Shown here piece by piece: positions 31,852 to 41,082 of a stretch of DNA of 63,441 bases. Location: positions 1 to 63,441 of the IMG/VR virus record IMGVR_UViG_3300035703_000091; one strand, written 5' to 3'. This DNA is from a virus. Its lineage: Duplodnaviria > Caudoviricetes. A model generated the notes under the pieces. That model searched no databases. It saw nothing but the letters and a program-made list of their open reading frames with translations, and was not told where the DNA came from. The first letter of the stretch is position 1, and each line of letters starts with the position of its first letter. The position numbers and the translations under genes were made by a program.

Positions 31852-33135
31852 CTATCGGACCTCTTTGATCTCGCCGAACGTGAACTCGCCGAACCTCAGT
31901 TCAGGCGAAAAACGCACTTGGCCGTAAGTAGCCGTGTCAATGAGCACCGTATCCCGCAGGGCCTTGGAAACGCGGACGGCTTCAATAGCCCTGTTGAGCG
32001 GAACCATGCTCGCCGCCTTGCGGAAGCCGACGCCGTTCCACCTGCCCGACCGGCGGACGGGGCGAGTCATGGGAACGCGAATCCGCAGTTCGGCGGTGAA
32101 GGGCGCGATGCCGTAGCGGCCGTATCCGTAGTAGGAGCGCGCCGTGCGTCGGCCGCCGAGCCGCTCGGGGTCGTGCAGGCTGATCTTGTCGTAGATCAGC
32201 AGCGGCGCGTGCGACCGCAGCCGGAACCGCTTGCCGCGGCCGCGTCCCAGGCTCGTCCCGTCGAGATAGGATTCGTCGTCGACGGACAGGACGCCCGGCG
32301 CTTCTCCGGTGGGATACGACCGGAAGCGCCCGAAGAACGATCTGGGGGTTGGCGCGACGCGAGGCTGAGCCACGCGCTGCGGGCGAACGTCGACCGGCGT
32401 CACGCCGCGGCCGATCGCCGCCAGCCCCAGGTTCTCGTCCGTGCGGATCGTGACGACGTTCGCGTCAGCGTCGGTCGCCTCGAGAAACCCGGAGCCGTAG
32501 AAGCCGGGCCCGCGCCAGGAACGCTTGCGCGTCGAGCCGATGTAGACCTGCTGGACCGCCCCGCCCTCGAGGATCGAGATTTGGACGTCGGTCTCGACGC
32601 CTCGGTCGAAATAGGTCGCGCGCTTGGCGTAGAGCGAGCGAGCCCGCGTCTTCCGCATCCAGCCAGTGCCGCGGAACTGACGGATCGACGCACGGCGGAA
32701 GAACAGGCGGCTTTTGGCGATTGAACGCTGGTAGAGCGGATAGACGCGCACCTGGGGCAGGCTCTCGAGCCATGCCTTCCGCTGCTCGTCCGTCATCGAA
32801 CCATAGCGGAAACCGCGCGCGGGCGGGCGAATGACGCGCAGCACTTCGGCGCCGGTCAGGGCGACGTGGGCCTTGATGCCGGCGACGGTCGTCTTCAGGC
32901 GGTGCAGTCGAAACGCCTGGCGGCAGACCTCGCGCTTCTTCGTCTCCGGCCAGTCCTCATACCAGACGTCGATCGACAGCGACGCCGCCAGGTAGGACAG
33001 CAGATGCGCGGGGCAGGTGTCGGGGTTGAGGATCGCGCCCGCCACCTCGAACGGGACGGGCCGTTCGGCGTCGACGGTGGCGACCGCGACCTCCCACGAC
33101 GTCCGGTTGTTCGGAAGCAGGGTGACGTCGGTCAC
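31852..33135 (-). CDS. P2 gpI-like tail/baseplate protein with C-terminal extension
   Basis: LLPNNRT..NPDTCPAHLLSYLA..SIDVW..W.ETKKR. Confidence 0.85.
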   Translation of the reverse strand: MTDVTLLPNNRTSWEVAVATVDAERPVPFEVAGAILNPDTCPAHLLSYLAASLSIDVWYEDWPETKKREVCRQAFRLHRLKTTVAGIKAHVALTGAEVLRVIRPPARGFRYGSMTDEQRKAWLESLPQVRVYPLYQRSIAKSRLFFRRASIRQFRGTGWMRKTRARSLYAKRATYFDRGVETDVQISILEGGAVQQVYIGSTRKRSWRGPGFYGSGFLEATDADANVVTIRTDENLGLAAIGRGVTPVDVRPQRVAQPRVAPTPRSFFGRFRSYPTGEAPGVLSVDDESYLDGTSLGRGRGKRFRLRSHAPLLIYDKISLHDPERLGGRRTARSYYGYGRYGIAPFTAELRIRVPMTRPVRRSGRWNGVGFRKAASMVPLNRAIEAVRVSKALRDTVLIDTATYGQVRFSPELRFGEFTFGEIKEVR

Positions 33136-34028
33136 TCGATCACCTCATGCGTGATCGTGATGTCGTCGCAGTAGGCGGCCGAAAACGAGTCCGGCACGAC
33201 GTCCTGCGCCGGCGCGGTCAGAATCGCTCGCTCGACGCCGCCGACCGACGCCGCAGCCTCGATCATCTGGCGATAGACGGGCAGGCCGACGCGATGGCGC
33301 GAGTCGACATAGGCGCGGACGGATCGCTCCGCTGCCTGGCGCACCAAGGCGGGGTCGGGCCCGCGCGGCAGACGCAGGGTCAAGGTCACGTCGTAGGTCA
33401 CGACGTCGGCGGCACGCACCGACACAATGTCCGTCAGTTGAGTGGCCGCGTCGTCCTTGAAGGCGTTGTAGACGGCGTTGACGACAGACTCCTCAACCGT
33501 GCCGTCACCCTCACGGGCCAGGAGCACCACGTCGACGCGACCTTGTCCCCGCTTCACGGCCGCGACGTCCTTGACGCTCGGCGCGGTGAGCAGGGCGAGG
33601 GAGCGGTAGCCGCCGCCGGTCATGCCGGCGTAGGGCAGCGCCTCGGGCGCGAGTTGGACGCGGCGTCGAAGGTCTTCGTCCGGCTCCATGACGGCCGGAT
33701 CGGGCGGATCAGCGGGGACGAGGACGTGACGCTGGACGCCATAGAAGGCGGCCAAGTTGTCGAGGTTCGCGCCCGTGGCGTAGGGCAGCAGCAGGGACCG
33801 CACCGCGTCGTTCAGCGCGGCGTAGCCAAGCGTCTCGCGGTAGGCGCCGACCTGCTGAAGAATGACCGCGGGGTCAGTCTCGAGCGCGTCCATGTCGAAG
33901 TCGGGCCAGAGTTCCTTAAACCTGGCCAGGCGCGCGGCGAAGATGGACTCGTAGCTGACGCCCTGCACGGCTTCGGGAGCCGGCAGGCGCGACAGGTCCA
34001 GGGTCTCAGAGACGAAGCGTGCGGTCAC
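33132..34028 (-). CDS. Baseplate J protein
   Basis: LDLSRLPAP, ATGANLDNLAA, EPDEDLRRR. Confidence 0.92.
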   Translation of the reverse strand: MTARFVSETLDLSRLPAPEAVQGVSYESIFAARLARFKELWPDFDMDALETDPAVILQQVGAYRETLGYAALNDAVRSLLLPYATGANLDNLAAFYGVQRHVLVPADPPDPAVMEPDEDLRRRVQLAPEALPYAGMTGGGYRSLALLTAPSVKDVAAVKRGQGRVDVVLLAREGDGTVEESVVNAVYNAFKDDAATQLTDIVSVRAADVVTYDVTLTLRLPRGPDPALVRQAAERSVRAYVDSRHRVGLPVYRQMIEAAASVGGVERAILTAPAQDVVPDSFSAAYCDDITITHEVIE

Positions 34029-34180
34029 AGTTCCACCCCCATGCGGCGCTGCGCCCGCTCACGCGCGAAGACCTCGCGCAGATCGACGACCTTGTCGCCG
34101 GCCGCACGGATCAGTTCGTTTCGGCGCTCGGTCGTGAGCGTCCGCATCAGCCAGGCCGCCTCGCGGTTGTCGATGCTCAT
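34025..34180 (-). CDS. Hypothetical protein (51 aa)
   Basis: Coupled to both W and J. Confidence 0.5.
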   Translation of the reverse strand: MSIDNREAAWLMRTLTTERRNELIRAAGDKVVDLREVFARERAQRRMGVEL

Positions 34181-34533
34181 AGCGCCACGCTCGCGGTCTT
34201 CGGTTCGGAAACGCTGAAGTCTCCCAGATGTCCGCGCGGGAAGTAGACGCCTTCGATAGCCAAAGTCAGGCGGCCGTCCGTCGTTGCGCCCTCCACGCCC
34301 ATGCGGGACACGCGGAACCGAGGCTCGTATCGCAGAGCCTCCGCAACCGCGGCGTAGAAGTCGATCAGCGTGACGGGCGAGATCGGGGCGTCGACCAGGC
34401 GCGGCATGTTCGTCCCGATGTGCCGACGCATGATGCGCGACAGCTTCGGGGTGGTGAACAGCACGCCGAGCGACTGGACGACGTGCGCCCAGCCGGAGAG
34501 AGGTTTTCCCGTCAGGCGGTCGACGCCAGCCAT
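34177..34533 (-). CDS. Baseplate wedge gpW/gp25 family
   Basis: GVDRLTGKPL..HVVQS..TTP..SRIMRR..YEPR. Confidence 0.9.
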   Translation of the reverse strand: MAGVDRLTGKPLSGWAHVVQSLGVLFTTPKLSRIMRRHIGTNMPRLVDAPISPVTLIDFYAAVAEALRYEPRFRVSRMGVEGATTDGRLTLAIEGVYFPRGHLGDFSVSEPKTASVAL

Positions 34534-37397
34534 CAGACCGACGTGATGGTCTCGACCATCTCCCACTCATATCCGTCGCCGACCACAAGCACGTTGAAGG
34601 TGTCGGCGCCCGTAGTGCCGCTGTTACCGGCGTTGAGGGTGTAGGTGCCGGCGAACGACCCCGAAGCCGCGATCACCGTTTCCGCCGTAGCCGCCACCGC
34701 CGTCACCGTCGTACCGTCGAAGGTGAACAGGCGACGCAAAATCACCGCTTTCTGCTGCGAGTTGTCGGCGTTCCTGCTGATCAGCTTGACCTCGACCATG
34801 CTCGTGCCAACAGGGACTTTGCCGATGCGTAGGACCGTCGTTGACGCGGTGCTGACGACAGAAAACTTTGCCTCGCCCTTGAACGAGACGAACGCGCCGC
34901 CGAGGATCGGCTTGTCCGACTGGAAGTCGCCCGGCACCTTCACGGAGCCCCCGCTGGCCCGGATGCTGTAATCGCTCGCGTTCAGGATCACAGGCTCGCC
35001 GAAGAACTCGACGCTCGGAGAGCCGGTCTCGACGAACAGGCCGGCGTACATCGTGGCCGCGTCGCCGCGCGCATCGAAGTCGTAGAAGCGGTAGGAGCCG
35101 GAACCCGACTCCGTGAGACGAACGGCGGAGCCGCCGAAGACGTTGGCCGCGTTGAACTCGGCGGTCACCACATCTCCCGCCGACGCCGGCGTGGTCAGAA
35201 CGAATCCGCCGGAGCCCTTAGACCAGGCAGCGGTCACGCCATTCACCTTAACCGTCTGAGGGTACGCCCGAATGCGGAAGAAGGTCTGGCCGGCCGTCGC
35301 CGTGTAGGTCTCGACGGCCAGCTTGTTGACGTTCCTGACGTTGAAGGTGTGGAACTCGATGTCCTCGGGGGCCGTCGCATACGAGCGCAGAGCCGAACCG
35401 CCGCAGTTTCGGCCCTTCGTCAGGTGGTAGCGATGACGCTTGATGCCCCCCCCTTGAAGCTGGACCATCGCGTCAAAAATGTCCTCGCCGGCGATATGCG
35501 CCTCAAGGTCTTCGACGTTGTCGCCCGAAGACATAAGACGGGCGACCTTCTTGGCGCGACCCTCAAACTTGACGCTGCGGATTTTCTTGCCCTCGGCCAA
35601 GGCGTTCGCCACTACGGCCACCTCGAACAACTGCGACCCGATTTGATAGCCGCAAATGTCCTTGGCGACGATGTTTTCCATGTCCAAGACATTGCCGCCG
35701 CCAAGCTGGCACTTCACGCCAGACAAGGCGATCCACTCGAGAGCGGTGCCGAGGATGCTCAGATTGCCAGACTGAATGTAGAAGCCGTGCTGGCCGGGGA
35801 TGTCGTGGATTATGCCGCCAAGGACGGTGCGCGGAACGGCCGGATGCGGGCCGTCCTCCCACTCATCCAGAATGCCTTGCGCCGTGCCAGAAATGTCCGG
35901 CGCGACAACCTCAAAGCCTTCGCAGGGGCCGTAGGCTGCGCTGTGAACGAAGCTTATCCCCATCTGATAGTTCGCTTCCAGCCCGTCGCCGACCTCCCCA
36001 GGATACTTGATGACAGAGCCCAGGCGATGAGTTCCGACCACCTTGGGGAAGGTCAGCATAGCGAACTTGCAGCCGTTCAAGAGAATGCCGGCGTGACCGC
36101 ACCGCAAGATGTGCGCGCGGTCGATCGAGACATAGTCGCTGTCCGTCAGCCAGATTCCGCGATCTTCGGACGAGGTGTTGCCGGTCCAAGGACCGCCAGG
36201 GTTACCGCCGAACGTGCCTTCGCCGTAGATGCGCCCGCGATTGAGGTTCATCACCAAGCCGTCCGCCTGGTGTCCGCGGAATGTCGGGGTTGATGCGAGA
36301 CCCTGTGTAATGACGGTCTTGTAGCCTTGGAAGTCAATGCGCTGACCGGCATGGACGTTCAGGATGCCGTTGACGCGGAACGCGCCCTCGGGGAAGAAGG
36401 CCCGATCCATGGCCGCAAGGGCGGCGGCAAGCTGATCGCGAATGTTGGTCATCGACGTGCCGCCGAGGATTTCGGCGTCGAGATCGGGGTCGACCCAATG
36501 CAGTACCGAGTCTTCGCCGCCGATCGCGCCCCAGCCACGCAGCGTTCGCGCGAAGGTGCCGCTGTTGCTTCGCTTGTGCAGGATCAGCAGGCCGCCCGAG
36601 CCGTCCGGTGCGGCCAACTCCGACTTCTGCGCCGCGCCGACAATGCGGGAATCGTCGCCCGCAGCAACGGTGCCGGCCGTGGTTCCGACGCTACGCAGAG
36701 AGGCGTTTCCGAGACCCAGGGCCGTGCGGAAGGCTTCGGCGTTCGTGATCGCCGCCGTGATGTTGGCCTGAGTGACCGAAGCGTCGGAGCCGGCCGGGCC
36801 GCGTAGGTCTTCCAGCGCCACAAGGGTCGTCCACGCGCCCCCCGTGCCGGCGTAACGCCATTCAAGATGCGTGACCGTGCGGCCCAGTTCGACGTTGAGG
36901 CCGTCGTCGCCGTCGATACCAGGATCGCCCTGGTCGCCCTTGTCACCCTTGCCGAAGGGGATGCCGGCAGACCAGCCCGTGATGCCCTGGCGGAAATACA
37001 GCAGGCCCTCGTCGAGGGCCAGGAACGAGAAGCCCTCATCCTCGGCGTTGTAGGCTCCTCGCTCGGAGATGTTGCCTTGGGCGTCGACCGCGAAGGGGTC
37101 GCCCTTGTCGCCTTTGGGGCCCTGGACGTCGGTCAGGGTGAAAAGGTCGATCCATGTCACCGTGCCGGCTTGACGCCACTGGACCTTTCCGGCGGACACA
37201 CGGAGTTCGGCCGACTTGCCGTCCTCGCCGTCGCTGAAGATTCCGCTCATCTGCTCGATGAGGAACTGGATCAGCAGGTCGAGCGTACCGCTGCGGAGCG
37301 AGGCGTCGTCCTGCCCGATCGGGAACAGGTCGGTGCGCGCCAGGGCCACGGCCGGCGTGATGTCCTGAATGCGAGCAGGGAACAGGGTATCGGTCAT
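34533..37397 (-). CDS. Tailspike / receptor-binding protein (collagen-like repeats + probable beta-helix)
   Basis: 954 aa; GPKGDKGD repeats; FFPEGAFRV entry motif typical of pectate-lyase-like beta-helices; less biased codon usage than neighbours. Confidence 0.75.
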   Translation of the reverse strand: MTDTLFPARIQDITPAVALARTDLFPIGQDDASLRSGTLDLLIQFLIEQMSGIFSDGEDGKSAELRVSAGKVQWRQAGTVTWIDLFTLTDVQGPKGDKGDPFAVDAQGNISERGAYNAEDEGFSFLALDEGLLYFRQGITGWSAGIPFGKGDKGDQGDPGIDGDDGLNVELGRTVTHLEWRYAGTGGAWTTLVALEDLRGPAGSDASVTQANITAAITNAEAFRTALGLGNASLRSVGTTAGTVAAGDDSRIVGAAQKSELAAPDGSGGLLILHKRSNSGTFARTLRGWGAIGGEDSVLHWVDPDLDAEILGGTSMTNIRDQLAAALAAMDRAFFPEGAFRVNGILNVHAGQRIDFQGYKTVITQGLASTPTFRGHQADGLVMNLNRGRIYGEGTFGGNPGGPWTGNTSSEDRGIWLTDSDYVSIDRAHILRCGHAGILLNGCKFAMLTFPKVVGTHRLGSVIKYPGEVGDGLEANYQMGISFVHSAAYGPCEGFEVVAPDISGTAQGILDEWEDGPHPAVPRTVLGGIIHDIPGQHGFYIQSGNLSILGTALEWIALSGVKCQLGGGNVLDMENIVAKDICGYQIGSQLFEVAVVANALAEGKKIRSVKFEGRAKKVARLMSSGDNVEDLEAHIAGEDIFDAMVQLQGGGIKRHRYHLTKGRNCGGSALRSYATAPEDIEFHTFNVRNVNKLAVETYTATAGQTFFRIRAYPQTVKVNGVTAAWSKGSGGFVLTTPASAGDVVTAEFNAANVFGGSAVRLTESGSGSYRFYDFDARGDAATMYAGLFVETGSPSVEFFGEPVILNASDYSIRASGGSVKVPGDFQSDKPILGGAFVSFKGEAKFSVVSTASTTVLRIGKVPVGTSMVEVKLISRNADNSQQKAVILRRLFTFDGTTVTAVAATAETVIAASGSFAGTYTLNAGNSGTTGADTFNVLVVGDGYEWEMVETITSV

Positions 37398-37403
37398 GAC
37401 GCC

Positions 37404-37447
37404 ACAATACCGGGGCCGCGCCTAGAGGCGTGGCGGTTTGGGTCGCC
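37404..37447 (-). promoter_or_regulatory. Putative late promoter
   Basis: CGTGGCGGTTTGGGTCGCC box; minus-strand TATTGT 19 nt downstream. Confidence 0.55.
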
Positions 37448-38142
37448 TAACCCTGCGGCTGGCCAGACAGGCCCGAGCCAGGTTGGGTGTTCTCGTGGCG
37501 GTGTTCTTCGCCCACGTCGACGCCGTTGTGCGTGAAGATGGGCCCGTCGATCTCGAGGCCGTCGTTGCCCCTGATGCGGCCGGAGGACACAGCGCCCTCG
37601 CCGCCCACGACAAGTGTCTGCCCGCCCGCTGATAGAGTGATCGAGCCGTTCTGGATCGTGACCGTCGCATCGCCGATGGCGTGGACGATCTGCTCCTCGG
37701 TGATGGTCGTGGTCGCGCCGCCGACCGTCGTCTTCATGGTCTTCGAGCCGAGGTCGTACTCGATCGACGATCCGTCGCGGAAGTCCTTGCGCCAGAGGTC
37801 GCCCCGGTCGCCCACGGCCGGGTTATCCTCGTTGTAGATCGTGGCCGGGATCACCACGCCGTTCGGCAAGTCACCCGACTCCGACAGGACCATGACGGCC
37901 TCGCCGACCTGAAGTGGGTTCCATTCATCGGATCGACCGCCGGCCATGGGGAGCCAACCCGTCTTAATGTAGCCCTCGGCATCCGCGGGATCGCCGATGC
38001 CGACACGGACGCGCGCCTTGGCGTAGTCGGTCTCGATCACCCTGCCGGACTTCACGACGTCGGCCAGGCGGCGCTCGTTCTCGGTCTGCTCTGGCGTGCC
38101 GACGCCCTGGGTGCGCGTCCAGTCGCGCTCGAGACCGAACAT
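37447..38142 (-). CDS. Baseplate assembly/spike protein V
   Basis: TGWLP, P.VGE.V.VLS..GD, FRDGSSIEYD, C-terminal HRH. Confidence 0.9.
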   Translation of the reverse strand: MFGLERDWTRTQGVGTPEQTENERRLADVVKSGRVIETDYAKARVRVGIGDPADAEGYIKTGWLPMAGGRSDEWNPLQVGEAVMVLSESGDLPNGVVIPATIYNEDNPAVGDRGDLWRKDFRDGSSIEYDLGSKTMKTTVGGATTTITEEQIVHAIGDATVTIQNGSITLSAGGQTLVVGGEGAVSSGRIRGNDGLEIDGPIFTHNGVDVGEEHRHENTQPGSGLSGQPQG

Positions 38143-38747
38143 CAGAGGGCCTCGGTTCCGTGAATGAACTCGTCGCCGGCGCGGGGCGGGGTCGATGGCG
38201 AGGTCGGGCCCGGCGGGAGGGTGTATCCGTCCGACCCGCCCGAAGGCTCGCCGTCAGTCTCAGGGTCTTCGTCGGGGAGCCAGCCCTGGCTTGTGTCGGG
38301 GCGGCGAGCCACGAGGTAGCGGAACTCGTAGGTCATGAAGATGCCGCCGACCACGACCTGCTGCCCGTCCGTGACGTCGATCTGCGCCTCGGTCAGGTTG
38401 AAGTCTCCACTCGGGAACTCCGTTACGGTGTGGTTCTCGAGGAGGGCTTCGATCTGCTCGGCCAGGTCGTCCAGCCTGTCGTCGATGCTCTGGCCCTGCT
38501 TCGCCGCGGTCAGCGCCTCGATCACGATTTCGACCGTGTGCCAGGCCCAGGTGTCGGCGCCGTTGGTCGAGTACTCGACCTTCGTGGTGCCGCGGGTGTA
38601 GGCGAAGATGACCGGCCCCTCCTCGAGCACCATCGTCTCGAGGTTCACGGTCGGCGTCATCGTGTCGAAAACGCGATCCTGGGCCGTGGTGATGTTGAGA
38701 AGGCGGTTCTTGACCGACGCACGGATGATCTTGCGAGGGTGGGCCAC
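38142..38747 (-). CDS. Tail terminator/completion-like protein
   Basis: HPRKIIR..LDDLAEQIE; position. Confidence 0.65.
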   Translation of the reverse strand: MAHPRKIIRASVKNRLLNITTAQDRVFDTMTPTVNLETMVLEEGPVIFAYTRGTTKVEYSTNGADTWAWHTVEIVIEALTAAKQGQSIDDRLDDLAEQIEALLENHTVTEFPSGDFNLTEAQIDVTDGQQVVVGGIFMTYEFRYLVARRPDTSQGWLPDEDPETDGEPSGGSDGYTLPPGPTSPSTPPRAGDEFIHGTEAL

Positions 38748-38748
38748 G

Positions 38749-39084
38749 TCAGGCTCGCATCAGTTGCAGGACCGTCATGCCCGTGCCGTCCGGCTTCGTG
38801 TCGTGGACGTTGAAGTCGCCGACTCCGGGGATCGAGACGAGCGCGCGGCCAGCCCTCACGGCGGCCAAGTCAGAGGAGCGGGCCCGGAACTGCGGCTTGT
38901 TCCCGCTCACCTCGGCCTGGTGGTCGTAGCCGTTGCTCTGGGTGACGCCGCGCGTCAGGTGCGGGGCGTCGTAGATGCCGGAGACGATGATGGGATCGCC
39001 GCCATTCGGCGTGATCGTCGCCTCGACGGCGAAGTCGTCAGAGTTGAGGAAGGCGAGCCGGTCGGCGTCGTTTTCAACGGCCAT
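38749..39084 (-). CDS. Head-tail joining protein (lambda FII-like)
   Basis: DDFAVEA..GIYD...PDGTGMTVL. Confidence 0.8.
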   Translation of the reverse strand: MAVENDADRLAFLNSDDFAVEATITPNGGDPIIVSGIYDAPHLTRGVTQSNGYDHQAEVSGNKPQFRARSSDLAAVRAGRALVSIPGVGDFNVHDTKPDGTGMTVLQLMRA

Positions 39085-39115
39085 CCCGGCTCGCTCCTAC
39101 TCTAGTCGCCGCCGC

Positions 39116-39631
39116 TCATTCCGAGCGCGCGGCCCACAGACGGTCGACTTCCTCGACCGTGACGTCGTCGAAGCCGGTGGCGTCTTCGATCGCCTTGACC
39201 TTCGGGCGGCCTTCGCGCTCGCCGGTCTTGACCATGTCGGCGTCCGCCAGAATCTCGAAGGCTTCGAGGATGGCGGCGTCGCGTTCGGCCGGCTCGACGG
39301 GGGCGTCGTTCGTGCCCTCGAGCGGCTGGCCTTGGTCGGCGATCTCAGCCTCGGCCGGGGGCGCCGGCTCCAAGGTCTCGGCGGGCGGAGTTTCTTCCGC
39401 CGCCGAGGGCGTCACAGGCTCCGCCAACCCGGCATCCGAAGCCTCGCCATCCACTTTTTCAGCAGCCTCGGTCTCGTCGGTCTTCTCGACGAACACGACG
39501 TCCACCTCCTCGGCGACGCCCAGGCCGATCAGGGCCCGGCCTTCGTCCTCGGAGACTTCGATGAAGGGTTCCGGCGGGCTCTGAAGCCCGCCGTGCCCGA
39601 TCAGGACCGCGCCTTTCCCACGGACCCGCAT
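39116..39631 (-). CDS. Acidic hypothetical protein after capsid (FI position)
   Basis: EGRALIGLGVAE N-terminal domain, acidic linker, GRPKVKAI..V.VEEVD..W. Confidence 0.65.
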   Translation of the reverse strand: MRVRGKGAVLIGHGGLQSPPEPFIEVSEDEGRALIGLGVAEEVDVVFVEKTDETEAAEKVDGEASDAGLAEPVTPSAAEETPPAETLEPAPPAEAEIADQGQPLEGTNDAPVEPAERDAAILEAFEILADADMVKTGEREGRPKVKAIEDATGFDDVTVEEVDRLWAARSE

Positions 39632-39632
39632 C

Positions 39633-40667
39633 TTATCGCACCGTCGCCGACAGCAGGTTGTTCGGGCGGTACGGAACCAGCAGCGGCGCCGACTGCATCA
39701 GCAGGAAGCGACGGCTGGGGTCCGGCTCGACCCACGACTTGACGAAGTACTGCCGGGCCTGAAGGCCGGCGTCCTCGTCGCGAATGGCGCCGAAGTGGCG
39801 AACGCCATCCACGTCACGCGAGCCGATCAGGACCGTGTAGGCCGGCAGGACCGGCTTGGTCTGCATGTCCTCGGGATCGGTGTACGAGTTGGTGTACGTC
39901 CAGAAGCGCAGGTAACCCACGCGGCCGCGGTAGACGACGCCGGCGCGCGGTTGCGGGACGTAGCCGGTCGCGATGTTGGCATCGGCCAGTTCGCGGCGGT
40001 TGGTGTCCAGCAGCTTCTCGATCTTCGGATCGGCGCGATAAAGGTTCCAGGCGTCGACCGTCATGACCACGTCGGTCGGCACGTTGCCCGTGTTGTCGGT
40101 GACTTCCTGGGCCCACGCCTCGACGTTGTCGTAAGGCGAGACGCCGGACTCGCCCCAGCGGGCGGTCGAGGTCAGCACCTTGCGGTTGCCCGCGCGACGG
40201 CCGTAGTCGATCACGGCGGTCGGATACCGCTCGCCGGAGATGGTGGCGGTGCCGTTCACCAGCACGTCGCCGGCCATCACCTCGAGGCGACGGTTCAGCA
40301 TCGTGATCTGCTCGTCCAGCGCGAAGGCGATCTTCGCCTGGTGGCGCTGGGCCGGGGTCATAGAGCCGCCGATGCGCTCGCCGGCCATGCGGCGGAACGC
40401 CTTGTTCGGGTCGAAGACGCGCTTGTCCTTGGCATAGGCCGGACGGAACGACTTGGTGGCGTAGCCCTGGTCGGCGACCAGCTTGCCCTCGATCAGCGGC
40501 GACACGAACGGCGTGATGAGTTTCCGCTCATTCGTCACGTCGAACATGATCGTCTCTTCTTCCGAGGTGGCGACCTCGGGGAAGAAGGTGTTCACGAGGA
40601 ACTGCGTGTCGTCGACCCGTTCGTCGACCACGCGGTTCAGCACATAGGGATCGAAGATGTCGACCAT
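39633..40667 (-). CDS. Major capsid protein (lambda E family)
   Basis: FLVNTFFP, PFVSP, QSAPL. Confidence 0.93.
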   Translation of the reverse strand: MVDIFDPYVLNRVVDERVDDTQFLVNTFFPEVATSEEETIMFDVTNERKLITPFVSPLIEGKLVADQGYATKSFRPAYAKDKRVFDPNKAFRRMAGERIGGSMTPAQRHQAKIAFALDEQITMLNRRLEVMAGDVLVNGTATISGERYPTAVIDYGRRAGNRKVLTSTARWGESGVSPYDNVEAWAQEVTDNTGNVPTDVVMTVDAWNLYRADPKIEKLLDTNRRELADANIATGYVPQPRAGVVYRGRVGYLRFWTYTNSYTDPEDMQTKPVLPAYTVLIGSRDVDGVRHFGAIRDEDAGLQARQYFVKSWVEPDPSRRFLLMQSAPLLVPYRPNNLLSATVR

Positions 40668-40685
40668 GGTGGTTTTCCGGCCTCC

Positions 40686-41069
40686 TTAGCCGACGATCGT
40701 TTCGAGGTAGATGCCGCGGTCACGCAGCACCTTGTCGACGCTGGCCGCGGTGTGGCCGGTGCCGAAGGTGATGGCGCCCGAGTTGAAGCGGCCGGCGATT
40801 GCGATGGCGGCTTCCTTGTCGCCCGAGGTCGCGTCAACCGGCTCGAGCAGAATGGCGACAGGGTCTTCCGAGCCGTCCGTGGCCGCGGCCAGGGACAGGA
40901 CGTACTTGCCAGTCGCGTCGATCTGGCCCAGCAGGGCGCCGCGCGCCAGGTTGCCGGTGTCGATGATGCCCTTGCGCTGGATCGTGTCGCGATCCATCAG
41001 CTTGTCGGGCGTGTAGGTGCCCTCAGCGTTCAGGCCCGAGGCGTTGATGGTCGAGAAGTCGGTGCTCAT
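40686..41069 (-). CDS. Head decoration protein D
   Basis: RGALLG...DGSEDPVAIL...GRFN; position. Confidence 0.88.
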   Translation of the reverse strand: MSTDFSTINASGLNAEGTYTPDKLMDRDTIQRKGIIDTGNLARGALLGQIDATGKYVLSLAAATDGSEDPVAILLEPVDATSGDKEAAIAIAGRFNSGAITFGTGHTAASVDKVLRDRGIYLETIVG

Positions 41070-41082
41070 CTGTCAGCGCCCC

